Assembly (NCBI GenBank): GCA_902780395.1
Contig: CACZFH010000014.1
Coordinates: 5,160-69,159 of the forward strand
Direction of reading: 5' to 3'
Length of the DNA stretch: 64,000 nucleotides
DNA from: an uncultured Erysipelotrichaceae bacterium
GTDB taxonomy: Bacteria > Bacillota_I > Bacilli_A > RF39 > UBA660
Part shown: positions 47,393-57,438 of the stretch, in pieces
How positions within the stretch are numbered: the stretch's first letter is position 1
How the letters are laid out: each line of letters starts with the position of its first letter
Notes under the pieces: model-generated
The model's input: the letters and a program-made list of their open reading frames with translations, nothing else
The model's database searches: none
What the model was told of the DNA's origin: nothing
Made by a program: the position numbers and the translations under genes

Positions 47393-47603
47393 CCTTATTT
47401 TTTTTATATTCTTCTAAAATTATTTGGAATAAATCATCACTAACTTTAGGTTTTAATTGATATAAAACATCATCATTTTCTAATAATTCCAAATAATTAT
47501 CTAAAATAAAAGAATAAATAATCATTACTTCTGAATCAGACAACGAAACAGAAATAGAATTAGCATAATTACGAATATGTTCTGGTTTAAGAAAAACAAT
47601 CAT
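47379..47603 (-). CDS. YqfT-like small protein (DUF2624)
   Basis: Small minus-strand ORF convergent with nfo, as in Bacillus (yqfS-yqfT). Weak pattern match. Confidence 0.4.
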   Translation of the reverse strand: MIVFLKPEHIRNYANSISVSLSDSEVMIIYSFILDNYLELLENDDVLYQLKPKVSDDLFQIILEEYKKNKAKYC

Positions 47604-47699
47604 CTTTTGAATATAATTTTTAACAATATCACCTCTTTTTAAAAATATATGAATGAAGTATAATAATATGTGATAAACTAATATTAGGAGACGACTATC

Positions 47700-49748
47700 A
47701 TGAAAAGAAAAAGACGTAAAAAAGTAAATTATGAAAAAATAATAAAAAGACGTTTTTTAGGCTTTTTTATTGGTATTATTATCTTATTTAGCATAGTTTT
47801 ATGGAAATTAGGAGAAGTTATGCTAGTAAAGGGAAAAGACTATCAAAAAGATTTAGCAATCTTAACTCATGCCAATGTATATGGAACAAGTAGTCCAAGA
47901 GGAAGAATTTATGATAGAAATTATAATATTTTAGTAGACAATAAATCCTTAAAAACAATTACATATCAAAAGAAAAAAGGAGTATCAGCTCTAGAAATGA
48001 TAGAAGTTGCTAGAAAAATTGCTCCTCATCTTGATTTAGAGTATCAAAGATTAACTACGCGCAGTAAAAAAGAATATTTTTTTGCTCTTAATAGAGAATA
48101 TTGTGATAGTTTAGTAACGGAAAAAGAAAAAGAAAAAGTTGTAAAAAGAAAAATGACTCAACATGAATTAAATGAACTAGAGATAGAAAGAATTCCCGAA
48201 GAAAAATTAGAGTATTCTGAAGAAGAAAAGAAAGTAGCTTATATTTATTATTTAATGAATAAAGGTTATGCTTATGAAGAAAAAATAATTAAAAGTGATG
48301 TAACCGATAAAGAGTATGCTTATGTATCAGAAAATAATGAATTATTAGATGGCTTTAATACTAAAATAGATTGGGAAAGAGTTTATCCTTATGGAGATAC
48401 CTTAAAAAGTATTTTAGGAACTGTCTCAACGAGTAGTCAAGGAATCCCAGCTGAGCTAAAAGATTATTATTTAGAAAAAGGATATAGTCTAAATGATAGA
48501 GTAGGATTAAGTTATATTGAAAAACAATATGAAGACTATTTAAAAGGAGAAAAAGCTTTATATGAAGTAGTAAGTTCCCATGAAACAAAGTTAATTCAAG
48601 AAGGAAGTAGAGGAAAAGATATTGTTTTAACGATTGATATTAATCTTCAACAAGAAGTAGAAAGAATTCTAGGAGAACAAATATTAAGAGCCAAAAGTGA
48701 ACCCAATACAGAGTATTATGATCATTCTAGTGTCATTATTCAAGATCCCCAAACAGGAGAGATTTTAGCCATGGCTGGAAAAAGATATGTAAATGGTGAA
48801 ATAAAAGATAATACGATTAGTATATTAACTTCTCCAATAACTCCTGGAAGTGTTGTGAAAGGTGCTTCTATGTTAGTAGGCTATAATACAGGAGCAGTAC
48901 ATATTGGAGAAAGAATGCTAGATGAATGTGTAAAAGTAGCAGGTGTTGCGGAAAAATGTTCTTCTGTCAATAATTTAGGTGTAATTGATGATATTACAGC
49001 TTTAGCTAAAAGTAGTAACGTTTATCAGTTTAAAATTGCTATCAGAGTAAATGGTCAAGAATACTTTAGAGAAATGAAATTAAATTTCAATCAATCTTCA
49101 TTTGATACTTATAGATCAATGTATCATTCCTTTGGACTAGGTGTAAAAACTGGAATTGATTTACCAGTAGAAAGTAATGGCTACACTTCCAAAGACAAAG
49201 CTGCCGGTAATTTATTAGATTTTGTTATGGGACAATATGAAACTTATACTCCAATTCAACTATCTCAATATATAACAACAATTGCTAATGGAGGAGAAAG
49301 ATTAGCTCCTCATCTCTTAAAAGAAGTACATAGTTCTAGTGAAACAGATGAAATAGGGGCACTTGAATCAACTACAGAGAAAAAAGTCCTAAATACCATA
49401 AATACTGCTCCCGAATATATGGCTAGAGTTAAAGAAGGATTTAAAGCAGTTCTTAATTCTCCGGGAGGATATGGAGTAGGTTATATGAATACCGCTATGA
49501 GACCAGCCGGAAAAACAGGAACTTCTCAAAGCTTCATTGATACGGATAATGATGGACGAATTGATACTGAAACAATAACAAGTTCTTTTATAGGATATGC
49601 TCCATACGACAATCCTAAGATGAGTATTTTAGTAACATCTCCCGATTCATCTCATCCCAACTCATCTACAAATTATGCCTCATTAGTAACTTATCGAATT
49701 ACCAGAGAAATAACAGCTAAATATGCAGAGATGTATGGTATAAATTAA
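47700..49748 (+). CDS. Class B penicillin-binding protein (transpeptidase)
   Basis: N-terminal TM anchor, then SVVK (SxxK), SSN (SxN) and KTGTS (KTG) motifs in order. Confidence 0.85.
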   Translation: MKRKRRKKVNYEKIIKRRFLGFFIGIIILFSIVLWKLGEVMLVKGKDYQKDLAILTHANVYGTSSPRGRIYDRNYNILVDNKSLKTITYQKKKGVSALEMIEVARKIAPHLDLEYQRLTTRSKKEYFFALNREYCDSLVTEKEKEKVVKRKMTQHELNELEIERIPEEKLEYSEEEKKVAYIYYLMNKGYAYEEKIIKSDVTDKEYAYVSENNELLDGFNTKIDWERVYPYGDTLKSILGTVSTSSQGIPAELKDYYLEKGYSLNDRVGLSYIEKQYEDYLKGEKALYEVVSSHETKLIQEGSRGKDIVLTIDINLQQEVERILGEQILRAKSEPNTEYYDHSSVIIQDPQTGEILAMAGKRYVNGEIKDNTISILTSPITPGSVVKGASMLVGYNTGAVHIGERMLDECVKVAGVAEKCSSVNNLGVIDDITALAKSSNVYQFKIAIRVNGQEYFREMKLNFNQSSFDTYRSMYHSFGLGVKTGIDLPVESNGYTSKDKAAGNLLDFVMGQYETYTPIQLSQYITTIANGGERLAPHLLKEVHSSSETDEIGALESTTEKKVLNTINTAPEYMARVKEGFKAVLNSPGGYGVGYMNTAMRPAGKTGTSQSFIDTDNDGRIDTETITSSFIGYAPYDNPKMSILVTSPDSSHPNSSTNYASLVTYRITREITAKYAEMYGIN

Positions 49749-49751
49749 AAA

Positions 49752-49778
49752 AAGTTGGAAAAAATCCAACTTTTTTTA
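49752..49778. terminator. Bidirectional terminator
   Basis: AAGTTGGA-AAAAA-TCCAACTT flanked by A- and T-runs. Confidence 0.75.
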
Positions 49779-51176
49779 AATCATAACTTGTCTTGTATTA
49801 ACATAATTATCAATATCTTGATAAATATTAGTTGCTTCAATACAAGTTAATTCATATTCTCTTTGAAGCAACTGATTAGTTTTGAAACTTGGTTGTGAAG
49901 CCAAAAAATCAACATGATTTAGAGCATCTATTAATCTATCAAAGTTATCCTTCCCAATAAGTTTAATAAACAAATTTGGATCTTTGCCATTTTTAACTTC
50001 GATTATGGCCTCCCTATATTTTGGATTAAGCATTAATGGTTCTAACAATAAAGCATTTTCTTTAGGAGTATTATTACTACTATAATTCATATTAGTTAAT
50101 TCTTTCGACTCCATTAAGAATTTACCATTACTATATAAAAGATTTAATCCTTCTCTAGTAAAAATATCACTTAATGTCTCATTAAATCTTTCATATAATC
50201 GATATTTTGAATTATATTTGTTTTTAGTATAATCTATATCAAAACCAACTGAATATGAATCTCTTTGTTCACAAATATGAGTACATTCATGCAACAAATT
50301 ATAAAATAAGTCTCCCATCTTTTTAACAGAAAATAACATGATAGATCTTGAGGACATATCATCATCATACATTCTATCTAAAACACAAGCATCATATTCT
50401 CCAACTTGATGTTTTTGAATCTGCTTTTTAAAAATAACAAATAAGGGGTCATCTGGACTTATTGTATGAAAAGATTTTTGAAAGTTTATAAAATCTTTTC
50501 TAGTAATAAGATACTTATCAGTAGCATCTCTTTCTGCAGCTAGTCTAGTCCTTGCAATTTGTTTAATTTGTTTTTCATTAGGTAAATAGTTTTCTAAATC
50601 ATCATCACTAATTTTTAATTTTTTTAAGTATTCAAGATATGGCTTCTGTTTAGCAATTGTTGCTCTCCCCATCATAGAAAAAGCATATTCACGATTAGCT
50701 AATTTATCTAGATTCTCTTTACTAAATGCTTCAAAACAAGATGCCTCACTCAAGTCACCTGCAGTATTTCCATACATATTAGGAGGTAAAAATATTTTTA
50801 CTAATTGTTCTTCACTTAAATTAGATAGAACGTTTTGCGCTTTTTGAGGAAGTAAATACATTATATCTGTACAAAACTTTTTCGCATATAAATATCTTAC
50901 ATTTTTTTCACGTTCTTTTTCGGACTCTACATAATCTTTAATTCGTTGTATTTCTTGATAATTAGCATCTAAATTTTGCAAATTACTTTTTCGCATTTGA
51001 TAGTTTTCAAAATCCTTTACATATCTTGTTAGTGCATATAAATCATAAAAATAAAAAAATATTGTCTTATTTAGTTTTTCTTTAATAGAGTCTCGGTACT
51101 TATCTCCATATAAATAAGCTAAAACATCAATAATAGCTGGAGTGAAACTTTGAAAATCAATATTTAGTATATCCAT
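49776..51176 (-). CDS. Hypothetical protein with HExxH motif (putative zinc metallopeptidase)
   Basis: 466 aa on the minus strand. NLLHECTHICEQ, with a downstream Glu in RFNETLSD. No signal peptide. Confidence 0.5.
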   Translation of the reverse strand: MDILNIDFQSFTPAIIDVLAYLYGDKYRDSIKEKLNKTIFFYFYDLYALTRYVKDFENYQMRKSNLQNLDANYQEIQRIKDYVESEKEREKNVRYLYAKKFCTDIMYLLPQKAQNVLSNLSEEQLVKIFLPPNMYGNTAGDLSEASCFEAFSKENLDKLANREYAFSMMGRATIAKQKPYLEYLKKLKISDDDLENYLPNEKQIKQIARTRLAAERDATDKYLITRKDFINFQKSFHTISPDDPLFVIFKKQIQKHQVGEYDACVLDRMYDDDMSSRSIMLFSVKKMGDLFYNLLHECTHICEQRDSYSVGFDIDYTKNKYNSKYRLYERFNETLSDIFTREGLNLLYSNGKFLMESKELTNMNYSSNNTPKENALLLEPLMLNPKYREAIIEVKNGKDPNLFIKLIGKDNFDRLIDALNHVDFLASQPSFKTNQLLQREYELTCIEATNIYQDIDNYVNTRQVMI

Positions 51177-51403
51177 AATAAACCTCTCTCAAATACTATT
51201 ATAACTTAATACAATTAATTAGGCAAAAATATGTTATTTAAATATTTTAGATGTTATGATTGCTTTATTATAAAAAATCTGTTATAATACTGACATCTTG
51301 TGAAAGTACCTAGTTTTATAGAAATATGATAATATTAAGAAAAATCTTTTGCAAAATAAAAAAAATCTGATATAATACATGTAGACGTGTAAGGAGGGAT
51401 AAT

Positions 51404-51568
51404 ATGGCTAAAGTAGGAAATAGACAATACAAAACTCTAGTATGTAGTGAATGTAAAGAAGAAAATTATAGAGAACAGAAAAATATTAAAAATACAACAG
51501 ACCGTCTTGAAATGAATAAATACTGCCCTAAGTGTAGAAAACATACTGTACATAAGGAAAAGAAATAA
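51404..51568 (+). CDS. rpmG: Ribosomal protein L33
   Basis: 54 aa, too short for the ORF track: [54 protein letters not shown]. CxxC...CxxC ribbon. RBS AAGGAGGG. Confidence 0.85.
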   Translation: MAKVGNRQYKTLVCSECKEENYREQKNIKNTTDRLEMNKYCPKCRKHTVHKEKK

Positions 51569-51608
51569 AATAAGTTAATCGCTTATTTTTTAATTTAGGA
51601 GTGATAAA

Positions 51609-52166
51609 ATGATTAGTACAAATGATTTAAAAAATGGTATTACAATTGAATATGAAGGAAATATTTATGTTGTAATGGAAACTCAACATGTAAAACCAGG
51701 AAAAGGTGCTGCTATTGTAAAAGCCAAATTAAAGAATCTAAGAACAGGAGCTATCTTTGAACAAACATTTAATGCTGGTGTAAAAGTAGCAACAGCTCGT
51801 ATTGAAAAGCAACAAATGCAATATCTATATAATATGAATGATGTTTTCTATTTCATGAACATGGAATCTTATGAACAATTAGAAATTCCAGCTTCAAAAA
51901 TTGGTGATCAAGCTAAATTATTAAAAGAAAATTTAGAAGTGTATATTACTAGTTATGAGGGAGAAATCTTAGGAATTGATTTACCTGATAAAGTAGAATT
52001 AGTAGTAACTCATACGGAACCAGCTGTAAAAGGAAATACTACAACCAATGCTTTAAAAGATGCAGAATGTGAGACTGGTTTAATGGTTAGAGTACCATTA
52101 TTTATTGAAGAAGGAGAAACTATTATTGTTTCAACAGCTGATGGAAAATATGTATCAAGAGCGTAA
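51609..52166 (+). CDS. efp: Elongation factor P
   Basis: MISTNDLKNGITIEYEGNIYVVMETQHVKPGKGAAIVKAKLKNLRTG is the canonical EF-P pattern. Confidence 0.95.
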   Translation: MISTNDLKNGITIEYEGNIYVVMETQHVKPGKGAAIVKAKLKNLRTGAIFEQTFNAGVKVATARIEKQQMQYLYNMNDVFYFMNMESYEQLEIPASKIGDQAKLLKENLEVYITSYEGEILGIDLPDKVELVVTHTEPAVKGNTTTNALKDAECETGLMVRVPLFIEEGETIIVSTADGKYVSRA

Positions 52167-52228
52167 AGCTCTTTTTCTTTTTGTTGAAACAAAAAAAAAT
52201 AATTTATATAATAATAGGTGATAATAAT

Positions 52229-52540
52229 ATGATAATGGCAAAGAAAAATGAGCATAATAAGCAAAACAGCAATGTTATTATAAATAGCAAATTCAAAGAA
52301 TTAATAGAATATTCAAGTGGAGAAGGAGAAATTAAACGTTTTATAATCACTTATTGGCTAAATCCAGCAGATCAGAAACTATATTTGTTCAAAAGCAATT
52401 ATATCAGTTATGAAGAATACAAGAATTTGATAAATAATGATATAAAAGAATTTCCTGTTATTTATGAAGCAAACAATATAAAAAAATATGAAATAGATAC
52501 TAAAATACTAAAGGAGACTCGACATGAATCAAATGAATAA
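52229..52540 (+). CDS. Hypothetical small protein
   Basis: ORF with RBS AGGTGA. No recognisable domain. Confidence 0.4.
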   Translation: MIMAKKNEHNKQNSNVIINSKFKELIEYSSGEGEIKRFIITYWLNPADQKLYLFKSNYISYEEYKNLINNDIKEFPVIYEANNIKKYEIDTKILKETRHESNE

Positions 52541-53006
52541 TAATATAAAACATGTCATTATAGCTATTATATCAAACTCAATTTTTATTATTGCAGGATT
52601 GATTTTTTATATATTATATAAATACAACCCAAGTAATGATTATTTATTTTTGACAATTATTTGTTTTATCTTAGGATTAATTACAATAATAGGTAATATT
52701 TACAATTATTTAAAAACGCAAAATAAGCCAGCTAAAATAAAAAAAATTAAGGAATTTAGTACCCCTGTTAAAGCTAAAATAATTAAAGAAAAATTTGACC
52801 CATCATATGGTAATGTAATAGTCTGTACTGCTTTAATAGATGGGCAAGATTATGAATTTATTAGTGAACCAGTAAATAAAAATTTTATTTTTGCAACAAA
52901 AGTATTTAATATAAATGAATTAACTGTCTATGTAGATGCCAATAATAGGAAAAAGTATTACGTAGATACCACAGAAGTAGAAGATAGAATTGTAGATTTA
53001 ACATAA
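52524..53006 (+). CDS. Membrane protein (two TM helices plus beta-rich C-terminal domain, DUF3592-like)
   Basis: Two N-terminal TM helices. Overlaps the preceding ORF. Confidence 0.4.
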   Translation: MNQMNNNIKHVIIAIISNSIFIIAGLIFYILYKYNPSNDYLFLTIICFILGLITIIGNIYNYLKTQNKPAKIKKIKEFSTPVKAKIIKEKFDPSYGNVIVCTALIDGQDYEFISEPVNKNFIFATKVFNINELTVYVDANNRKKYYVDTTEVEDRIVDLT

Positions 53007-53095
53007 TATAATCTACAATTTGTAAATTTTATGTAAATCAATTTAAAAAATTGATTTTTTTGTAGTATAATGATACTAGAAGAATAGGTGATATC

Positions 53096-55339
53096 ATGGC
53101 AAAGAAAAAAAGAAAAAGACAAAAGCAACAAACAAGTGAAATATCCATTGAATTATATGCAATAGTATTATTTATTATGGCAATTTTAGGAATTGGAAAA
53201 TTAGGACCGGTAGGAAGATTAATCGCTTCATTTGGTTTATTCTTAACAGGTTCAATCTATATGATTTTTTTATTAATACTCTTATTAATAGCTGTATATG
53301 GATTTATTAAAAGAGAATGGCCTGATTTTTTCTCAACTAAAATGTTTGGTTTCTATTTATTTATTATTGGAGCCCTAACTTTTATGCACTGGGATTTCGT
53401 TTCTTTAAATAATAGTAATAGTAGCATTATTTTTAGAGAAACAATTAATCAATTACTAAAAGGTTTTAATAGTATTATGTCTGTAGGGACAGTCGGAGAA
53501 AGTATTTCAGTTGGTGGGGGAATGATAGGAGGAGTATTTGCTATTCTCTTTTCAAAACTATTCTCTTATGTTGGAATGCAAATAGTAACTATAACCTTAA
53601 TGCTAGTAGGAGTTTGTATGTTTACAGGCTTTTCAATCGTAGATTATATTAAAGAAAAAGTAACTATAGTAAAGAATCACCAAAAAGATGATAATGAAGA
53701 AGAGGAAGAAAATACGCATAAGAAAGTAAAAATTAGTAATGGTAATGAAGAAGAAGAACCTGATAAACAAGTTGTTAAAAATATTGAGGAATTAAAGAAA
53801 CTTCAAACTCAACCAATCCAAGAAGAAACCAAAGAAGAAACTAAAGCGCCTCAACAAGCTGTTATTAATCCAAGCTATAAATTACCACCTTTAGATTTAT
53901 TAAATAAACCAAAAAATAAGAATTCAGCTACTGATAATTCTGCTATCGAAGCCAATATTGAAAAACTAGAAAATGTCCTAAAAAGCTTTGGAGTAATTGC
54001 TAAAGTAGTAGAAGTACACATAGGACCTACAGTTGCACAATATGAATTAGAGATAGCAAGTGGCACGCGAGTAAATAAGATAACTACCTTAAATAGAGAA
54101 ATTGCCTTAGCTTTATCAAAAAAAGATGTTCGTATTGAAGCTCCAATTCCCGGAAAAAGCACTGTCGGAGTTGAATTTGCTAATGATACTCCAACTTCTG
54201 TAAGTTTCTATGAAATTATGGCTAGTAAAGTAATGATGCAATCTTTTGATAAGAAATTAATGGTCCCTCTTGGCAAAAGTATTATGGGAGAAATTGGTGT
54301 TTGTGAAATTAACAAGATGCCTCATATGCTAATTGCTGGTACTACTGGTTCAGGAAAATCAGTCTGCGTCAATGGAATTATCTGTTCAATTTTAATGAGA
54401 GCTAAGCCAGATGAAGTAAAATTAGCTATGGTTGATCCAAAAGTAGTAGAATTATCAGTATATAATGGTATTCCGCATCTAATGTGTCCTATAGTATCAG
54501 ACCCTAAACAAGCAGCTATTTTATTACATAAAATGGTTAATGAAATGGAAAAAAGATATCACATGTTTGCATCAACTGGTACCAAAAAAATTGAAGGGTA
54601 TAATGAATATGTAGAAAAGTGGAATAAATCTCATCCAGATGAAAAATTAGATAAAATGCCATTTGTAGTTATTATTATTGATGAGTTATCTGACTTAATG
54701 ATGGTAGCTGCTAAAGAAGTAGAAGATTCTATTTTAAGAATTACGCAAAAAGCAAGAGCTGCTGGAATTCACCTAATAGTTGCAACTCAAAGACCATCTA
54801 CCGAAGTAATTACAGGATTGATTAAAGCTAATATTCCATCTCGTATAGCCTTCACTGTTGGATCAGGAATTGATTCTCGTACTATTCTTGACCAAGTAGG
54901 AGCAGAAAAACTTTTAGGAAAAGGAGATATGTTATTCTTACCAATTGGTATGAATTCACCAATTCGTATCCAAGGTTCTTTTATAACCGATGAAGAAATA
55001 GAAAAGATAATTAACTTTACAAAGAATCAACAAGAAGCTTCTTATGTTGATGACTTTATGAAACTAGAAGAAGAAAAAGAAGAGCCTTCTAAAGTAGAAG
55101 ATGAAGGTGGACAATCTTCTTCAGAAGATGAGTTATATGATCAAATAGTAGATTTTGTTGTAAAAACACAAAAAGCATCAGCCTCACTATTACAAAGAAA
55201 ATTCAAGATTGGTTACAATAAAGCTGCTACTATGATTGATAAATTAGAAGAAAATAATATCATTGGACCAGCAACTGGAAACTCAAAGCCACGAGAGGTT
55301 TTAGTTCAGTATAGCGAATCTTCAAATGACGATGAATAA
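53096..55339 (+). CDS. ftsK: DNA translocase FtsK/SpoIIIE
   Basis: N-terminal TM helices and an acidic linker. Walker A is GTTGSGKS and Walker B is VIIIDELSDL. The C-terminal gamma winged helix is LLQRKFKIGYNKAATMIDKLE. Confidence 0.95.
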   Translation: MAKKKRKRQKQQTSEISIELYAIVLFIMAILGIGKLGPVGRLIASFGLFLTGSIYMIFLLILLLIAVYGFIKREWPDFFSTKMFGFYLFIIGALTFMHWDFVSLNNSNSSIIFRETINQLLKGFNSIMSVGTVGESISVGGGMIGGVFAILFSKLFSYVGMQIVTITLMLVGVCMFTGFSIVDYIKEKVTIVKNHQKDDNEEEEENTHKKVKISNGNEEEEPDKQVVKNIEELKKLQTQPIQEETKEETKAPQQAVINPSYKLPPLDLLNKPKNKNSATDNSAIEANIEKLENVLKSFGVIAKVVEVHIGPTVAQYELEIASGTRVNKITTLNREIALALSKKDVRIEAPIPGKSTVGVEFANDTPTSVSFYEIMASKVMMQSFDKKLMVPLGKSIMGEIGVCEINKMPHMLIAGTTGSGKSVCVNGIICSILMRAKPDEVKLAMVDPKVVELSVYNGIPHLMCPIVSDPKQAAILLHKMVNEMEKRYHMFASTGTKKIEGYNEYVEKWNKSHPDEKLDKMPFVVIIIDELSDLMMVAAKEVEDSILRITQKARAAGIHLIVATQRPSTEVITGLIKANIPSRIAFTVGSGIDSRTILDQVGAEKLLGKGDMLFLPIGMNSPIRIQGSFITDEEIEKIINFTKNQQEASYVDDFMKLEEEKEEPSKVEDEGGQSSSEDELYDQIVDFVVKTQKASASLLQRKFKIGYNKAATMIDKLEENNIIGPATGNSKPREVLVQYSESSNDDE

Positions 55340-55361
55340 AAAAGCCTATAGTGGCTTTTTT
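55340..55361 (+). terminator. Rho-independent terminator
   Basis: AAAGCC-TATAGT-GGCTTT followed by TTT. Confidence 0.65.
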
Positions 55362-55415
55362 CATTGAAAGAAAAATAGGAAATTGTTATAATAAAAGAAG
55401 AAAGAAGGTAAGAAA

Positions 55416-56132
55416 ATGTCAACTCCACATATAGAAAGTAAAAAAGAAGAGATAGCTCCTTATGTATTAATGCCAGGAGATCCTCTTCGAGCTAAATATA
55501 TAGCAGATAATTTTTTAGAAGATGTTCAAATGGTCAATAGAGTAAGAAATATGTTTGCCTATACAGGAACATACAAAGGAAAAAGAGTAACAGTTTTTCC
55601 ATCAGGTATGGGTGTTCCTAGTATGGGAATTTATTCTTATGAGCTATTTAAATTTTATGATGTTAAAAAAATAATTAGGATTGGCACTTGTGGATCATTT
55701 AATGAAAACATTAAATGTTTAGATGTTATATTAGCCGAGAAAGCTTATTGTAAAACATATTTTGATAAATTATTAGATGATGGAAATGATAATTTAGTAG
55801 AAGCTTCTATTGATTTAAACAGAAAGATTATGAATGCTGCTAAAAGAAATGGAATTGATTTAAAAATAGGGGAAGTTATTACTAGCGATGTTTTTGATTT
55901 GTATTGTGATGATAAAGAAAAATATCGTAGTAATTATCCTAAAAGAGACTTTATTGCCGTAGAAATGGAAGCTTATGGGTTATTATATATTGCTCGAAAA
56001 TTCCAAAGAGAAGGAGCTTGTTTATTAACCGTAGTAGATTCCTTATTTGATGATAAAAACTTAACAATTGAAGAACGAGAAAAGTCTTTGAATGAGATGA
56101 TAAAAGTTGCATTAGAGTCTATGATAGATTAA
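55416..56132 (+). CDS. deoD: Purine nucleoside phosphorylase, DeoD type
   Basis: TPHI...YVLMPGDPLRAKYIA...GTYKGKRVTVFPSGMGVPS...GTCG...VEMEA. Confidence 0.85.
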   Translation: MSTPHIESKKEEIAPYVLMPGDPLRAKYIADNFLEDVQMVNRVRNMFAYTGTYKGKRVTVFPSGMGVPSMGIYSYELFKFYDVKKIIRIGTCGSFNENIKCLDVILAEKAYCKTYFDKLLDDGNDNLVEASIDLNRKIMNAAKRNGIDLKIGEVITSDVFDLYCDDKEKYRSNYPKRDFIAVEMEAYGLLYIARKFQREGACLLTVVDSLFDDKNLTIEEREKSLNEMIKVALESMID

Positions 56133-56166
56133 GAATAAAAGGGTATACTAAGAAAGAGGTGTCATA

Positions 56167-57438
56167 ATGAAATATACAAAAAAAGATTTAGGTTCTTATA
56201 ACCTTCACTTAATCAATACCAATCGTTTAAAAACAATAACAATAAAAGTCGTTTTTCATACCCCAATCAAAAAAGAAGAAATAATGAAAAGAATCATTCT
56301 ATCCGATATTCTTCTTCAATCTACCAAAAAATATAATAGTAAACGTTTACTAACTATCGAAGCAGAAGAATTATATGCAGCAAGTATTGGTATTAGTAGT
56401 CAAAGAATGGGTAATTATATTCATACAAGTTTTATTTTAGAGGTATTACAAGATAAATACACTGAAGCAGGAAATTTAGAAAAATCAATAGAATTTTTAA
56501 AAGAAATCATTTTTAATCCTGATATTACTGAAAAAGCCTTTCAAAAAGACAAATTAGATTTATCAAAATATAACTCTGTTGTAGCAATTCAATCCCTAAA
56601 AGAAGATGCATCTAATTATAGTGCTATAAGATTATTAGAAGCCTATGATAAAGATAGTCCAATTTCTTATAGAATGACTGGATACATAGAAGATTTAGAA
56701 AAAATAGATGAGAAAAATCTAACAGAAACTTATCAGAAGATGATAGAAAATGATTATGTAGATATTTATGTAGCTGGAGATTTTGAAGAAAAAGAAATGA
56801 CTGCTCTTATCAAGCAATATTTTAAACTTAAAAAAATAAAAAAACAAAAAGAAAACTATTTTTTACCATATAGAAAAATACGTCATAGAAAGTTAATTGC
56901 TAAAGAAACAATTGATAATTCCCAATCAAAATTATTAATTGCATGTCCATATAAAAAACTATCTGACTATGAAAGAGACTATGCTTTAGTACTTGCTAAT
57001 ATTATTTTTGGTGGAGGAACAGATTCCAAATTATTTAAAAATGTCAGAGAAAAACATTCACTTTGTTACAGTATCTATTCAACTGTCCACAAATTAGATA
57101 ATCTTATGATTGTAGCTGCCGGAATTGATCGTAATAATTTTAGAAAAACAGTTGATTTAATAACGAAAAATCTAAATGCCATGAAAAAGGGATATTTTAC
57201 CGAAAAGGATATTGAAACAGCCAAAGAATTTTATAATTCATCTCTATTAGAAATCGATGAAAATGCTAATAGATTGATTAGTGAAGCTATGGCCGAAGAT
57301 ATTTTGAAAATGGATTCTGTAGAAGGAAGAATGGAAAGAATGAATTCTGTTAAAAAAGCAGATATCGTCAAAGTATGTAAAAAGATAGGAATTGATACAG
57401 TATTTTTACTAGAGGGGGTAAAAAATGAAGACAATTAA
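56167..57438 (+). CDS. M16-family (insulinase-like) protein lacking the HxxEH motif (YmfF-like)
   Basis: Size, pairing with the next gene, and KLFKNVREKHSLCYSIYS pattern. Confidence 0.65.
   Translation: MKYTKKDLGSYNLHLINTNRLKTITIKVVFHTPIKKEEIMKRIILSDILLQSTKKYNSKRLLTIEAEELYAASIGISSQRMGNYIHTSFILEVLQDKYTEAGNLEKSIEFLKEIIFNPDITEKAFQKDKLDLSKYNSVVAIQSLKEDASNYSAIRLLEAYDKDSPISYRMTGYIEDLEKIDEKNLTETYQKMIENDYVDIYVAGDFEEKEMTALIKQYFKLKKIKKQKENYFLPYRKIRHRKLIAKETIDNSQSKLLIACPYKKLSDYERDYALVLANIIFGGGTDSKLFKNVREKHSLCYSIYSTVHKLDNLMIVAAGIDRNNFRKTVDLITKNLNAMKKGYFTEKDIETAKEFYNSSLLEIDENANRLISEAMAEDILKMDSVEGRMERMNSVKKADIVKVCKKIGIDTVFLLEGVKNEDN

Noticed and set aside
51260-51378. Two near-identical AAAAATCTG(T/A)TATAATAC boxes 85 nt apart upstream of rpmG
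   Set aside because: The simplest reading is tandem sigma-A promoters, each with an acceptable -35 and an extended -10. I could not support a riboswitch, leader structure or small ORF between them.
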